Source: Vicugna vicugna
Lineage: Eukaryota
DNA: 64,000 nucleotides
NCBI GenBank assembly: GCA_013265495.1
Contig: MU058252.1
Span: forward strand, 716,244 to 780,243
Direction: 5' to 3'
Shown one piece after another: positions 13,230 through 27,600 of this stretch; position 1 is the stretch's first letter; each line of letters begins with the position of its first letter. The notes below the pieces were generated by a model, which saw nothing but the letters and a program-made list of their open reading frames with translations, was not told where the DNA came from and searched no databases. Position numbers and translations under genes: made by a program.

Positions 13230-16200
13230 ATTCTTTCATGTTTAAGCTCCTAATCTCACTGAAAAGAAATGTTTAATAGGAATAAGGTTTGAAAATAAGA
13301 TAGGCAATCACCAAGGAAGAACTGGTGAATTTAAGACAGAGCAACAGAAGTGACCCAATCTGAAGATCAACGACAAAATAAAGACTGGAAGACGAACAGC
13401 CTCAGAGGCCCAGGGGACAGCGTCAAGTGGTCTAACACACAAGCAGGCAGCGTCCCAGGAGAGGAGAGAAAGAATGGGATAAAGCATCTGAGGAGACAGC
13501 AGCCAAAACTTCCCCAATTAGGCAGAAAACCAACTTAGATCATGGAAACTCAACACACCTGGAGCAAGATAAATACAAAGACACATCACAGGTAACAGCT
13601 GAAATTCAAAGTTAAAGAGAAAAGTCTTGAGCCAGAAAGGAATGGTGCATCACACAGAGGACACGAGGGTGGCAGTTTCTACTGACTTCTCAGTCTCTAT
13701 GAAACAGCAAAACCGGCCTTTAAAAATCAAGATGAAATAATGACATTGTCAGATGAACAAAAACGTAGAGAATTTATTACCAGCAAGATGTGGACTACAC
13801 GGACACAGGTGGGAGTCCTTCAGGGGAAGGGAATGCTAACAGAGGGTGACTCAGATCCACAGAGGAGGAGCAAATGGCACCTACTGGGGTAAATACAAAA
13901 AAAACGAACTTTTTTCCTTTTACCCTTCATTTTGTTTAAAATAAAAACGACAGGGGTAGATTAAATAGAACTATACTTTTCATATAATTCCAATATTAAC
14001 GCTAAGTAGGTTTTGGTGAGTTAAAATTGATACTGAAACTCATACAGGAACCACAAAACAACAGAACAGTGCAAAAAGGCATGGCTAAAATATTAATAGA
14101 GCTCTCTCTACCGGCCATGAGGGAGCCCATGGGACCAGACTTAGTCTCCTGCAGAAGCAGAGAACAACTAGAAAACGGGACGAAATCTGTGAAACAGCTG
14201 TTCTCAGACACGAGACAACAGGCTCGGCAGGCCTGTCATCCCCGAGGGAAGGGAAGCAAGCACGCTGAGCCCCGTGGCCGCTGCGTTTCTCTCTGGAGGC
14301 GCTTCCTGGACTGTGATGCTGAGGGTGACGGTCTCAGAGATGAGGAGGCAGAAATCAAAGCCCAGGCGGACTGAGCCGAATGGAACTTGCAGGGCAGAGT
14401 ACCAGCAGACGGGAGGGAGCTGTCCAGAAAAAGAGAAGACCACACAGAGAGCTCCTAGAGGTGCTGACTGATCACTAAGCGGGGCACGCATGCATGACAC
14501 GACGTGAGACCCGGCAGACGGTGAAAGACAGTTGCCTTCCGACCAGGCAGAGTGGAAAGTCCTCGCTGAACAACCAGGGAATTCCACGGAGGTCCCAGAA
14601 GTATTAGTAGAACTAAACCAGCTAGAGCAAAGATTAACGCCCCAACAAAGCCTAAAACCAAGCCTCTAAAGAAGCCTGGGAAAAGACACTCAACATCCCT
14701 TGCCACCACGGAAATGGAAATCAAAGTAACCATGAGATAACCAACTGCCATCCACTAGAATGGCTATCATCAAAAAGAGACAGTGATATGTGTCAGTGAG
14801 GATGTGGAGAAACTGAAACCCACATCCACGGCTGGGGGCAATGCAAAATGATGCGGCTGCTGTGGGAAGGTCTGGCAATTCCTCACATAGTTAAACAAAG
14901 GTTACCACGTGACCCAGAAGTTCTACTCCGAGGTCTGTACCCAAGAGAAATGAAAACATATATCCACATTAAATACTTGTACGTGAATGTTCATAGCAGC
15001 ATTATTCACAATAGCTAAAAAAGTGGAAACCATTCAAATGTCCGTCAACTGATGAATGGATAAGTAAAACGTGGGCTAGCCATACAATGGAATATTATTC
15101 GGCAATAAAAAGAAATGAAGCACTGATATATGCTGCAACATGGAGGCACCTTGAAAACATTATGTTAAGTTAAAGAAGCCAGTCACAAAGTTGTATAATT
15201 CCACTTATATGAGATGTTCAGTACAGGCACATCTACAGCAACAAAGTAGATCAGTGGTTGTCTAGGACTGGAGGTGATGGCAGACCGTGGCATGTTGCAG
15301 CTAAAATGGTGCGACGTTTCTTTTGGGGGTAATGAGAATGTTCCAGAATTGATTCTAAGGGATGGCTGCACAACTCTGAATATACTGAAAGCCACTGAAT
15401 TGCATACTCTAAATGGGGGAAATATAAGATATATGAATCACATCTCAATAAAACTTTGTAAAAAAGGATCTGCAAGCAGTTTGTCTGCCTAGGAAGACAA
15501 TACAGATGTTCAACTACATAACATTAACAATGTCCAGCATCCACTAGAAATGATTATATTTGCAAGAAGCAGGAAAATGTGACCCGTAACAGGAGAAAAA
15601 CTAGTCACTAGAATCAGACCCAGAACAGAGATGATGGAAAAAGCATCTGATAATACATGGCAGATATCTCAGGCATACAACAACTGAAGCAGTAGGTCAG
15701 GGATTTAAAGGAAAACATGAACATAACAAGGAGAGAAAAGGAAAATATAAAAAAGAACCAAATGGAATTTCTAGAACAGACATTATACTATATCTGAAAG
15801 GAAAAAAAATAGTAGATTAGATATTATGGAGGAAAATAACAGTGAAATTGAAGACATAGCAATAAAATATATTTGAAATGAAGCACAGAGAAAAAAATAC
15901 TGGGAAAAACCCCACAGAACAAGAGAGTCTCAGTTGAGTAACTAGAATCCCAGAAAGTAGGGGAGGGGACAGAAAAATATTTGAAGAAATAATATCTAAC
16001 AGAATGGAGGAAAAAAATATGATCTCAATAGCCACAGAGAAAGCACCAAACACAATTCAACATCCACTCATGATGCAAACATCCGGCAAACCTGGGAAAG
16101 GAGGAACACTGTGAGCATCAGAAAGGGCATCTGCGGAAAACCACAGCTGAGCCACTCGTGTCAGTGAAAACCGAGTGCTTGCCCTCTGAGACGGACACAG

Positions 16201-16800
16201 CAGGGAGGTCTGCTCTTGTGACTCAGTGCTGCACTGGAGGCCTCAGCCAAGGAAACAAAGCAAGGAAAGGAAGCACCGTGCCCACAGACTGCAAGACTCA
16301 ATGCTGGTAAGATGCCAGTTCTTCCCCAACTGATCTGCAGACTCCCGATGGTACCAGCAGACTTTTTTTTTCTTTTTTCAGTAGTTACCAAGAGACTATG
16401 GTACTGGCACAGACAGATAGGTAGAACAACGGAACAGGACAGAACCCAGCAACAGACCCACATTTAAGGCAGTAAAACAATTCTATGACAAAAAGAACGT
16501 CTTTTCAATAAATGGTGTGTGTGGGGGCGGAGTACATCTCAGTGGTAGAGTGTGTGCTTAGCATGCGTGAGGTCCTGGGTTCAATCCCCAGTATCTCCAT
16601 TAAAAAAAAAAAAAGAAAAGAAAAAAAAACAGTGTGGGTACAACTGACTGTATTCGCAGGTAACATCATTATGTACACAGAAAATCCTAACAAATGTTAA
16701 AAAAAACTACTAGAATAAGTGAATCTTTTAAAATAAAAGGTTAATATATAAGTCAATTGTTTTATATACTAATGATAAATGCTTAAAAATGAAATAAGCC
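13230..16800 (+). mobile_element. Cluster of old L1M fragments (ORF1, ORF2 and a 3' end at about 14690-15465)
   Basis: L1 3' motifs (gaatgttcatagcagcattattcacaatagc, caactgatgaatggataag, catctcaataaaac) and A-rich ORF1-like tracts. Confidence 0.8.
16523..16629 (+). mobile_element. tRNA-derived SINE (vic-1-like) inserted in an L1 remnant
   Basis: CTCAGTGGTAGAG...CTTAGCATGCGTGAGGTCCTGGGTTCAATCCCCAG followed by poly-A. Confidence 0.85.
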
Positions 16801-17920
16801 ATAGGTTTCACAATAGCACTTTTCTGTTTATAATTTTAAAATGAGGAAAAACGTGGAGAAAAAAGTGTATCCTCAAGTATTAAGAAAAACTTTGGACTGC
16901 ATATTTAGTTATAAATGCTCTTCAGAAATTCTGATTTAATTAGCTATTGCTGAGACTTACTCTATGGGATTTAGCTACATTTTATCAAAATATACCCATT
17001 TAGTAATCATATTTGTGTTGATTTTGCTAGTTCAAAAGTAGAGATATGACCAATATAAGGAAAACCAATATTCAGCTGCACCGGTAGTATTAAGAAATCA
17101 GATGCATCATGTGACATAAATACGGAATACTTACTAAGTCTGAGGTGAAACTTCCTTTTAAGAGTATGTCTTACGAAGAAACTTATTTTCCCGTTTTACG
17201 TAGGAATTTAATTATTGGGCAATTTTGACCATTATGTGTAAAAACAGTATTAATTGGATCTTTTACCTATTAGATACTCAAAACAGTACTAGTTAAATAA
17301 AGTATATAATTCTGTCTTTCCCACTGTTGCCAAAAAAACAAAAACAAAACCCAAAACAACCAAAACCAAAACCAGAAACCAAATAAGCTGACAGAATCAC
17401 AAAAATCACAGCGTCAGACAGAGGCCGTGTGCCGTTTTCTCGCTATGCTCTCACACAACAGCGGGGCCAGGGACCAGGGAGTTCTGCCACTAAAATCAGC
17501 CAGCAGCAGTCATTTCTTAACTGGCAGAAAAATGTCAGAGTTGAGTTTCTCCAATTTTAATTTTTACTTCTTTAAAACCACAGAGTACTTACAGTTCTTG
17601 TTGTAAAATTTCGGGGTAACTGCATGAAGCCGCACCCGAAGCGCAAGCCGGGAGGACAAGCCGTGTCGTTCAGCCTCCCGCCCCGAGGGGCCCCAGGCGG
17701 AGCCCCGACACTACAGCCTGCCTGCCCATAATGCCGCCAAAGATCTGAAATTTGGTGAAATCCATACCCTAAGAGTTCCACTAATCTGAGGATTTCTGAA
17801 AGCTGAATAAAAAAGCTATCATTGCCTTTCATTTTTCCTGAGACTACCTTCTCCAAGCTTCAAACATCAGACTGATTTATGCGGAGGTTTCCTGAACATT
17901 ATATGTATCTGCAAAAATCA

Positions 17921-18130
<210 letters not shown>

Positions 18131-19172
18131 TTATATGTTAAATATGAAACTATCAGAACATCAAAGAAAAATGTCAAAGGACAAGCAAACCTGGAATAGT
18201 TACTAGAAAACCTTCTAAAATACACTTTAGGGATTGTAAGCACAGCTTAAGATATTACTTAAAACTATTACTCTGTTAATTATCTACACCAAACTAAGAT
18301 ACACAAATTTAGCTGAGATTAAATCTGATGGTAATTAATGGAATTAATCTCAGTATTTGGCAATTCTCTGAGAAAACTTTCCCAGTGTTACAAAACATCA
18401 CAAAAGACTGGCAGCTACATGTAAATAATTTACGATCGTTTAAAATAAAATAAAGCATCCCATCAGTTTGAGAAACATGATGCTTGTGATGGCACTTGGA
18501 TTGTTTTCTGAGAAGCATTCTAAAAATGGGCTTTCCTAGGCACTGTTTACTAAGTGCCCACTCTGTGCCAGACACCAGGACTGCAAAGATGAAGACACGA
18601 ACCTTTCCCCTGAGGACGCTGGAAATTCAGGGAAGGCAGACATGAAGCAGTAATTTCAAAATAATGTGATGCTTACTAAGAGGGACACTATCCATTGTCC
18701 ACTACAATCCATCAGATGAGAAATTATGGGGCTTGGAGACTGTAAGTTAGTTACACAATATTTTCAACAGCTTAACAACGATCTAGGAAAGGTATCAATC
18801 ACATTTTCATCACTTCATTTGCCGTGTGAGAAAGGCAAATGAGACAGAGGAGGCAGGGATGCCCCCAGGTGGGAACGTGAGCAAAGGCGGCCGACAGGTG
18901 GATGTCAGACCACAGCATGGGGGCTGCGTTTCCTGGGCTTTCGGTGCTGGCAAAGCACGGAGCAGCCTTTGGAGCCAAAAAGGTGCTGAATCAAAAGAAA
19001 CTCAGTAAACAAATATTTTTTTAAAAAAAATCAATGTAAGTATATCACTGTTTTGAGTTTACTTAGCAGCCCCACCTCACCCAGGATGTAAAAGCAAGAA
19101 TGTTCTTTAAAACTTGGTAACTAACATGTTGACTAAGCTGCTTTCCAAAACAGCACCTATTAAAATGCCTCA

Positions 19173-19289
<117 letters not shown>

Positions 19290-22200
19290 CTAAGACAAAC
19301 GAGAGAAACAACACACACACTTCTAAAGTCCACACATGTGCAGGGAAGAAAATGCCTTCAACTCAAACAGCCTGCCAAACCTTACCTTCAACATTAAGGT
19401 TTGATAAGCTAAGAAATAATTGAATTTATTAGCATGAGCAATATGCTTTTGTATTAAATCGAAAGGTAGAGAGGAATTGAAGATTATTTTTAGAATCCGA
19501 AACAACGCAATTAACTTCAAAAAATTTTTTCTTATTGTATCTAAAGACTCTTGAATACAGACTTTAAATAATTAAAACCATATTAGAGAATTAAAATTTC
19601 AGAGTTTAATCTCTCCTATATGTGGTTATTAGTTCATCTCAAAACACTGAAGTTATATCAAATTACTTGAAATGAAAATGTTTTTCATAAGTTCAATAAT
19701 AAAACAAGCATGCCTCCTCACGTCCTTGAGTTTGAGAAAGAGACGGTATGAGAATGTAATATACTCGTACTTTTTATACGTTCTACAAACATTCACCGCG
19801 CGCCTGCTGTGGGTTGGGCCCTGTTCAGAGTGGCTCACACACGGTACCTCGCTGTGCCCTCAGGACACACACCCTCTGGGACATCAAGACAGTGAAAGAC
19901 GGCACCAGAGGTGATTTAATAAAAGTCAAAAAGCTCGGTGCTGAAAACGACCTCTAAATACAGAGAATAAACGTATGGAAAATGGCTCAACTGTACTGAT
20001 AATTAAAGAAGTGAAAATTAAAACTGAATTTAAAGCATCATTTATAGCTTCTAAATAAGCCACTATTTTTTAGTTACAGCACCTAATCCAAGTGCAGCTG
20101 TAAAACCACCGGTGGCATCATAAATTGTCGGAACAGTTTTTGAGCCACAGCTTGTGTCACAAAGATATTCACGCTGTTTGTGTACTAGCTTTTTCTCTGT
20201 CAAATTATTTACCCATACAAAAATTTTAGCAGTAGGATTCCTAAATTAAAGATGTTCAATGTGGCATTATTTCTAAACCTGAAAAACTGGAAAAAGAACT
20301 GCCTCCAACAAAAGAAAACTTGTTAAATACTGGCATACCAATGAGAAAAAAAAACCAAACAGTATAATTATAAGGACTACATTTAAGTAAAAAAAGGCTT
20401 ATGGCAGTGAAAATGCACACTATCAAATTATGCATTACAATGATACAAAACGTGTGTTTAAATGGAAAAGATCAAAGAGAAATAAGCAAAAAAATTTAAA
20501 CTATACTAAAGAGCCAAGGCAGTAAATTTCTTAAAAGTTTCTTTTTATGCTGCGGTATAGTTATCTTTTTAACTAAGAAAGAAAGATTATTTTCTCACTA
20601 CTGTATTCCCAAGCCCCTTGTTACTTAACAGTGAAAAAAATGAGAGAATTACAGGAACCCAGAGCTTCAAACCAGAGTAGGATGAATAATTCAGCACCTG
20701 TTTCTGCCTTTATTGTGACACATTCTGCCTTTATTTAGAATGACTCACGCAGGTGCCTGGTTCACCTACACAGGAGGAGAAGGACGACTGGTGGGAAAGG
20801 GAGACTCTCACTAGTTACCTTCCACCCTTGTCTCAGCCGAGTCCGGCGCCGCGCCCTGAGTACAGCAGGGATCCCGTCCATCAGACGGAGGAACCGGCAG
20901 AGAACGGGGAAGAGAAAGTGAGCAGAGAAAACCCAACCACATGAGAGAAACAGTAGCTAAATGGAGTCCATCAACTGGTAAAATAGTTTCTGAACCACAG
21001 CTAGTTATCAAAAGTCACAAAAATACTCCTACTGTCTGTGTCACTGAACAGCACGCAGGGCTGTGCAGTGGCGGCGCTACTTCTACCTGGGCGACGCGCT
21101 GGGAACCCTTGCCTGTGATCCTAGGAAACATTATGAAAGGATATGCGGGAAAGGCACAGATAAACAGATTTTGAAACACGTTAAATATCTGCTTAACCTG
21201 TTTTTCTAAACCTGCTGGAGTAGGCAGGGAGTGGGGGCACTTTTAAAACCACACAGTGCTTACTGTTTTCTCCAAAATAACAGATTTAGCAGAGAAAACC
21301 AGTATTAAAATCATTCATCAGGATCATTCATGGAACCCTAAGTGACCTCAGCTGTTAGAAAGCCATTCCAGAAAGTTCTGGTTCGGCCCTGATGAAACAG
21401 CTGAAAACTACATAAGTTGGATAAACATACAAATCGTGATTCGAAAGCAGAGCCGGGGGCGGGGGGCATCACACAGGCAGGATTCAGGAGCTACAGTTCA
21501 TGAGAGAAAAGAAACATACAAATTCCAAAGTCACTCTGGAATTTTTCTGAAGGTATTTTCCAAATCATCTTCAAATAGGTGAATTTCAGTAGAAAACTGG
21601 AGTCTATCAAAAGAATCAAATAAAACCCAGGCAGGAAAAATACAAAGAAAATCACACCCGGCACATCATAGACAAGATGCTAAAAATCAAAGGCAAAGAG
21701 AAGATCAACTAGAGGGAAAACAGACTTTCAAAGCAGCGGCAATGGGACCGACGGGGACACCAACAGAAGCAGGGGTCTGACTTCAACACTCCATATAATG
21801 GCTGTTCCCTCAGAAACGCAGAACCGCTGCCAAAGAGCTCCCCAGCAGCCCCACTCGCTTCAGCGTCACCAAGTGAGGCTCGAGGTCGCTGCGGAGAAAA
21901 CGGACGGGGACGACTGCACGGCGCTGACGCTCACGTGTGCGGCGGGGCGCAGGCTGGTGACGCCAGGGGGGGCTGGCAACGTGCGCCGACTTCCGGTCCC
22001 CCTCCGATGCGCCGCGATACTGGACGGGTCACTGGCCAGGTGGACAGAGAGGCAGCAGCGCAACCCCAAAGGGCACACTGGGGATTCAGCGTGAGAAGTG
22101 CCGTCGCGTCTGCCGGAGGGGAAACAATCCACCGCCAGGGCGGGTCCGCGGGGTGAAGTCAAAGACCAACCAGACGGACTTCGACTTCTCTTCGGCCGGT

Positions 22201-24499
22201 ACCTTCACCCTCTCTGAGCCTCGACAGTCTTAGTTACAAACGGGACTTGCATGAAGATGTTTGATATTAAGAGCCAAAAAGAATAAAAGCTTTAATTTTC
22301 CACTCTGTACTGACCAAACCAGAGACAGACAGAGAAAGATGTGCGGTTTCAATTTCACCCACAGGAGCTGCTGACACGTCCACACAGCAGGAGGGAGGCA
22401 CAACTCTGTCCTCTGGGCCCGCGGGAACACTGGAGCAGACAGGGCACACTCATGGTATCTTAACGTGGACATGACTAAGTCCCCCGTCGTAGCCCTGCCT
22501 GCAGCGCCCGTGGTTTGGCTTCAGCTTCTGCGCAATCACAAAACCTTCTAAAAGCTGGCTTTCTTAACATCACGTGCAAGGAGTTGTTTGAGGAGCAATT
22601 TAAAATACACTTAGAAAATTCTTCACAATTATAGGAGGTGCAGGGTGTTAACCAATTAACCAATAAACAGGATAAAAAGAGGACTGGCACCATCTAGTTC
22701 TAATTTCAGGAAAAAACTCCATGGGTCTTGAGTACCTTTGTAAATTTCCTCTCAATTGATATGCAATTTGCTCAAACTGTTACTAATTTAAAATCTTAGA
22801 TTTTAATAGGATTTTCAAACAACAAAATAGGATAATTAGATACGTAAAGATGGAAAATAAAATTTTTAAATGAAATGATTTTTACAATACTAAGCAGGCC
22901 TTAGTTGTGCTAAGGGACTCTGGCACTACTGCCAAATAACATATCGATGTTTCCAAAAAATGGGAATCTGGTTCCTGGCATGCGTCACTGCTTTCTATAC
23001 ACAGATTCACCCTGATTCTAAGTAATTAAGTTGATTGTGGGGCTTTTAAAATTATTACTGATGAATAGCTAAAGCTCTTTAAAACTGATACAGCTTACTA
23101 AATTTTTACATCAGAGCCTGTCAAATGAATTTAACAGTATCTGACGGCCTCTCTCCTTGTCTTCGATGGCTCTCCACTGCGTAAAGAAGGTCCAGCTTCT
23201 TAGGTATGGGGTCCTGGACCCTCCGCCGTCCAGCCCCAGCCTGACCGCTGTAGGTCAGCGGACTCCTTAGTCTGGGAACTTATCTTCGTTTTTATTTGTG
23301 TGGTTTTTTTTTTTTTTTTGCCTCTATATCACAATGTTCCTTCTACTTCTAATGAACTTACCTTCAACTCCACTTATTAAAACCCAGCTCACCTGTAACT
23401 TTTTACTCCACAACAAAACGTACCCAGATCACTCCAATCAAAGTTGAGACTCCCTCCTCTCCTCCCACAGCACCTACTTTATCCCCTTTCTGGGGTTTCC
23501 CTTATGGCTCCTCAGGTTTAAAAGTGGCAGAGTAAGAACGTCTCTGACATCTTTTCTTCTTAAAAAGTTATCCTCACACTGCAAGGAGTATAGCCCAGAA
23601 GGACATACTCAGGACAAAAAGCAGGCAGAGCAGGTTAACACGTAGCCTAGAGGAGCCTGTGAGGGGCTGGGGAGAGTCCGGTGTTGGGAGCAGCAGCCTG
23701 GCCTTTCGCTGGACCCGGAGACCCAAGACCAGAGGCTCGTGGGGGAGGGGCAGGTCTGAAAACAAACAGGAAGATTGTTTCAAATAGGTAATAACCACAG
23801 CCACCTCCCATCACCATCAAAGGATTATTTTTCTGCAGAAACTGCTTCAGAAATAAAACAGAGATGAACATTTGGTGGCTTCCAATGAAAAAGACGGCCT
23901 AACACTTCAGTGAAACCCACGGGCAGAAGCCCCTCCAGTTGTTGGTGTTCATGTTTAATTATGAGCCACTCAACATAACCTTGAATGTTGAAGCTGCAGA
24001 AATTGTAGTTTTGTGTAGCTCTCACTAGATGGGTTAAGAAAACAAGGAAACTTCTGAGAAATAGGGAAAAAAGATAGTGAGAGGAGACAGCATAAGAATA
24101 TTTAAGGATCCATTCAGGGGGCCCAAGATCTCCTGATTGAAGTTCCAGAAGAAAGGAAACAGGAGGACAATCACGGAGGGGTCAGCACAAGGAACACAGC
24201 CCCAGTGACGTGTGCGTCAGGGCCGCAGGCCCATCAGGTGCCCAGCTCTCCGACGGAAAAGACCACAACCAGATGCATCCTATGGAATTCGGGAGCACCA
24301 GAGATTAAGAGAAACTCCAAAAGCTTCAGACGGGGAAACAGCTTTCTCTTCAGCACCACTGGTGGCTAGAAGGAATGTAACAATGCCTTCAAAATTCTAA
24401 ACAAAAATGACGGACCGCTATACACAGCCATCTATGGACTGAGTAGAAGGAATGTTTAACTGCTCAAGTAACTACCTCTCAAGAATCTTTTCTTAGGAT

Positions 24500-24815
24500 G
24501 CACCACGGACAATGTCTGCATCCCTTGAACCCCCAATATGAAGGTATCTGGAGGTGGGGCCTTGGGAGCTGGTTAGGGTTAGGGGAGGGCACGGGTGGGC
24601 TCCTGCGATGGGATTAGTGTCTGTAGAAGAAGAGAAGGACCAGCGCCCACTCGCGGTCCAGACAACCGCCTGCAAGCCAGGAAGAGAGGCCTCACCAGTA
24701 ACTGAATCCGCCCACGCCTGACCTTGGACTTCTCAGCCTCTAGAACTGTGAGCGAGAAATTCCTGTTAAACTCCCCAGTCAGTGGGGTTTTGTTCCGGGA
24801 GCCTGAGTGGACTGG
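24500..24815 (+). mobile_element. MaLR LTR (MLT1A/MST-like)
   Basis: ggaggtggggccttggg...caagccaggaagagaggcctcaccag...ccttggacttctcagcctctagaactgtgag. Confidence 0.8.
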
Positions 24816-25319
24816 AGAAAGTGCTCCGCCAACAGGGACTAAATCAAGAAAGCAAAAAAGCACCTGTTCAAGGATCAGGACGAGGTGGAGGTAATTCTCG
24901 GGATAAACCAGAGGAAGCCTCAGGTGACAGGGATGAGCAGGAGGATGCAGGCCGGCGGGAGTGGTCTCTGAAAACGTGTGGGACGGGTCTGACTGCACAG
25001 GAAATCCTATTAGGCAGTTAGTCGCCGTGAAAAGCCTGAGATATTCAAATAAAATAAAAAATGGAAGAATTCTAAGCTCCAGGGATAACACGGAACTGTA
25101 CAAACAGGAAATATAACTGCAGTAAACCAGTGGGCTCAGCAGGGACACCATCAAACTAATGCAAGTGCAGCTGGCACTCGGCTCCGAGCCTCCCTTTCAG
25201 CTCCACTTCGTGGCACTGGGTCCCCGTGGCCCCGTCTCAGCTCTGCCCTGGCTCTGCCGCAGCAGGGGAAGTGAGGGCGGGGGTGGGGCTGGGAAGCAGG
25301 GGCCGCCTCACTGCTCGCC

Positions 25320-25755
25320 ACCTGTGCCAGTCGGCAAGGACGCCACAACAGAGCACCAGAAGCTGGGCACAAACAACAGAGATCTTTCGTCTCGCGGTCC
25401 TGGAGGTGGGCAGTCTGAGGCTGAGGCGTTGGCAGGTTGGTTGTTTCTGTGCAGGAAACTCTGTTCTAGGCTCTGGCCCAGCTGCTGGTGTGTTAGCCAC
25501 CCTTGGGTTATAGAAGCATCACACTGATTTCCGCCGTCACTGTCACTTTAGTGCGCCTCCCCCCACTGTGCGCACAATTCTGTGTCCATGTCTCCCTTTC
25601 TATAAAGATGTCTATCATTCTGGACTAGGACCCATGCCTTCTGAACTAATTACACCTGCAATGGCCCTATTTCCAAATAAGGCCACATTCTGCAGCACCT
25701 GGAGCTTAGGACTCTGACACAGGAACTTGGGGGACAGGACGTGGGCCAACCACAG
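25320..25755 (-). mobile_element. MaLR LTR (MLT1B/C-like)
   Basis: aattacacctgcaatggccctatttccaaataaggccacattctg is typical of an MLT1 reverse strand. Confidence 0.75.
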
Positions 25756-25966
25756 CACGCCTTGTGGGCCTCACCCCACACTGCTGCTCCACCTGGGCAC
25801 CTGCCCCTTCCCGCAGCGGCCGCTGCTTCCGGTCTGTCACCTTCCCGTCATGTGCAGGACAAGCCCCCCGGTGCCCCTGCTCCCGCCCCGACACAGCGCC
25901 AGCCAGACGGCATGCCCTCTACAAGAGGCGCCACAGGACCTCCCTTACCTCCACGAGGCCTCGGAG

Positions 25967-26190
25967 CAGTGGTGTTCAAGCCTCAGAGGGCTGTAGAAGA
26001 GAAGGACCAGCGCCCACTCGCGGTCCAGACAACCGGAATCACTACAAGGACTCAGTATGACACGGACCACGGGGCCTCACCGTGACTTCCTGACTTAGTG
26101 GGTCTGAGATGGCCTGATAATTTCTATTTGTCATAAATTCCTAGTTTGTGTTGAAGCTGTAGGTCTGGGAACACACTTTGAGAACGTCAC
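25967..26190. mobile_element. MER5A-like MITE carrying a 41-bp segment shared with the LTR at 24.6 kb
   Basis: Termini cagtggtgttcaag ... cacactttgagaac; internal tagtgggtctgagatggcctg. Confidence 0.7.
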
Positions 26191-26749
26191 CTTAGAGGTC
26201 AGTATTTACCCTGTCAGTTACCCCGTTAACGTATATCCAACTAACATCTGTTTACATTAATTTTCTGATCAATGGCTGGTGCGGCTTCTGACTGACACAG
26301 AAATGCACCAGGCAGGGTTCTGGGGACAGAGGGTTTGGGACTGGGCTCATGTCTTTGGGCCTGAACACAGTGCTGAGCTCTTGGTCAGCAGAGAAGCAGA
26401 TCCCCATGGCCCTGGGCAGGCAGTGACATCAAGATGGTATAAGCATCACCTGTGAGTGTGTTGTCCCCACCCCTGTCCCCACCACAGTACAAGGTCCAGG
26501 CGGCTGCTGCACCAGCTGTCACTGCAGCAAAAGGAACACAGGATGTGGTGTGGGCAGTCCTGCCAGGGTGCCGGGGCTCGGGCAGAGAGGAAGACACCCT
26601 CAGACCGGGACCCTCAGTCACTGAGAACCCGACAGTCTGTACGGCAGCCCTAGAAGCCCCTGTCCTGTAGCTACTGAACTGCTTCCTAACTCCAACACAA
26701 ACTATAACCCTGCAGCCGCATCACCGCCATTCAGTCCATAGTCTTGCCG

Positions 26750-27600
26750 TCTCTGATGTGAGTGCAACCCTGGAGCCCAGCACAGGGACAGTGGCTGGAC
26801 TCAGACAAGCCAAGATTCCTGGATGCTCCGAGCCTCCCTTGACAGTGGAAACCGCTGTCTCTATGGGGTCAGCACTGTCCTTTGCTTGGAAGCCCAGTAA
26901 CGTGTTCCCGGGCAGATGCCTTGCCCGGGGTCATCCATTCCCCAGACAACCACATCCACTCTGCTGGCGGGAGGTCATGGCCTGGTGCAGCAGCGATCCC
27001 CCTGCCCAGTGAGACTTGCCTGCCCCTGCCCCCCAGGCCACTCTTGCGAGGTCTTTTGGAAGCAGCGCATACCACGTGTGAGTGCTTCTCTGACACGTTT
27101 ACTGAGTGACCTGTGAAAGCTGTTTTCAGGGGAGCCCAGAGCAAAGGCCCTGCAGCAAGGCCAGGCTCCTTGTCCCCACTGGCCTGCGACCGACGAAGGC
27201 GGTGCTGGGGGTGCTGAACGAATGTTGGCAGGCACCAACAGGTGAGCCACTGGGTTTTGGGGAAAAAAACCAAACAGCAAAACACCATGCCTTCTTCTGC
27301 AGTTAATTCTTTTCCTTCTGAGAAACAGTTTCTGGCTCACCACCAACCCTGGGAACAACTTGGGTTGAGATGCCAAGTGACCAGGCACCTGTGCCCCATT
27401 CCGACTGGGTGGCATCGGGCCGTCCAGCCCCAGCGCCGGGCTCCACGGCATTGGCCACAGTGGAGGTGTCTGAAGGGAGGTGCCCGCTCGGGCCAGGCAG
27501 CACCTCGTCCCCCTCAGTCACACTTCAGCCTGGGCTCCCACGACCCTAACTGCTGAGAATGCCTGGGCCGGCGCTGCAGACGCCCATCACCTAGGCGGCC
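26750..27600 (+). mobile_element. Decayed ERV-L (class III) internal pol fragment, RT/RNase H
   Basis: Frameshifted peptides LSFAWK, LPGVIHSP, FWKQRIPRV, WQAPTGEPLGF and PSSAVNSFPSEKQFLA are collinear with ERV-L pol motifs (FAFSW, LPQGYINSP, FWRQHIPHL, WQAPIGE..PLGFW, PSSADNYSPFEKQLLA). Confidence 0.75.

Noticed and set aside
16523..16600. tRNA gene
   Set aside because: The tRNA-like head is followed by poly-A, lacks a proper acceptor stem, and recurs with TSDs elsewhere in the window, so it is a SINE.
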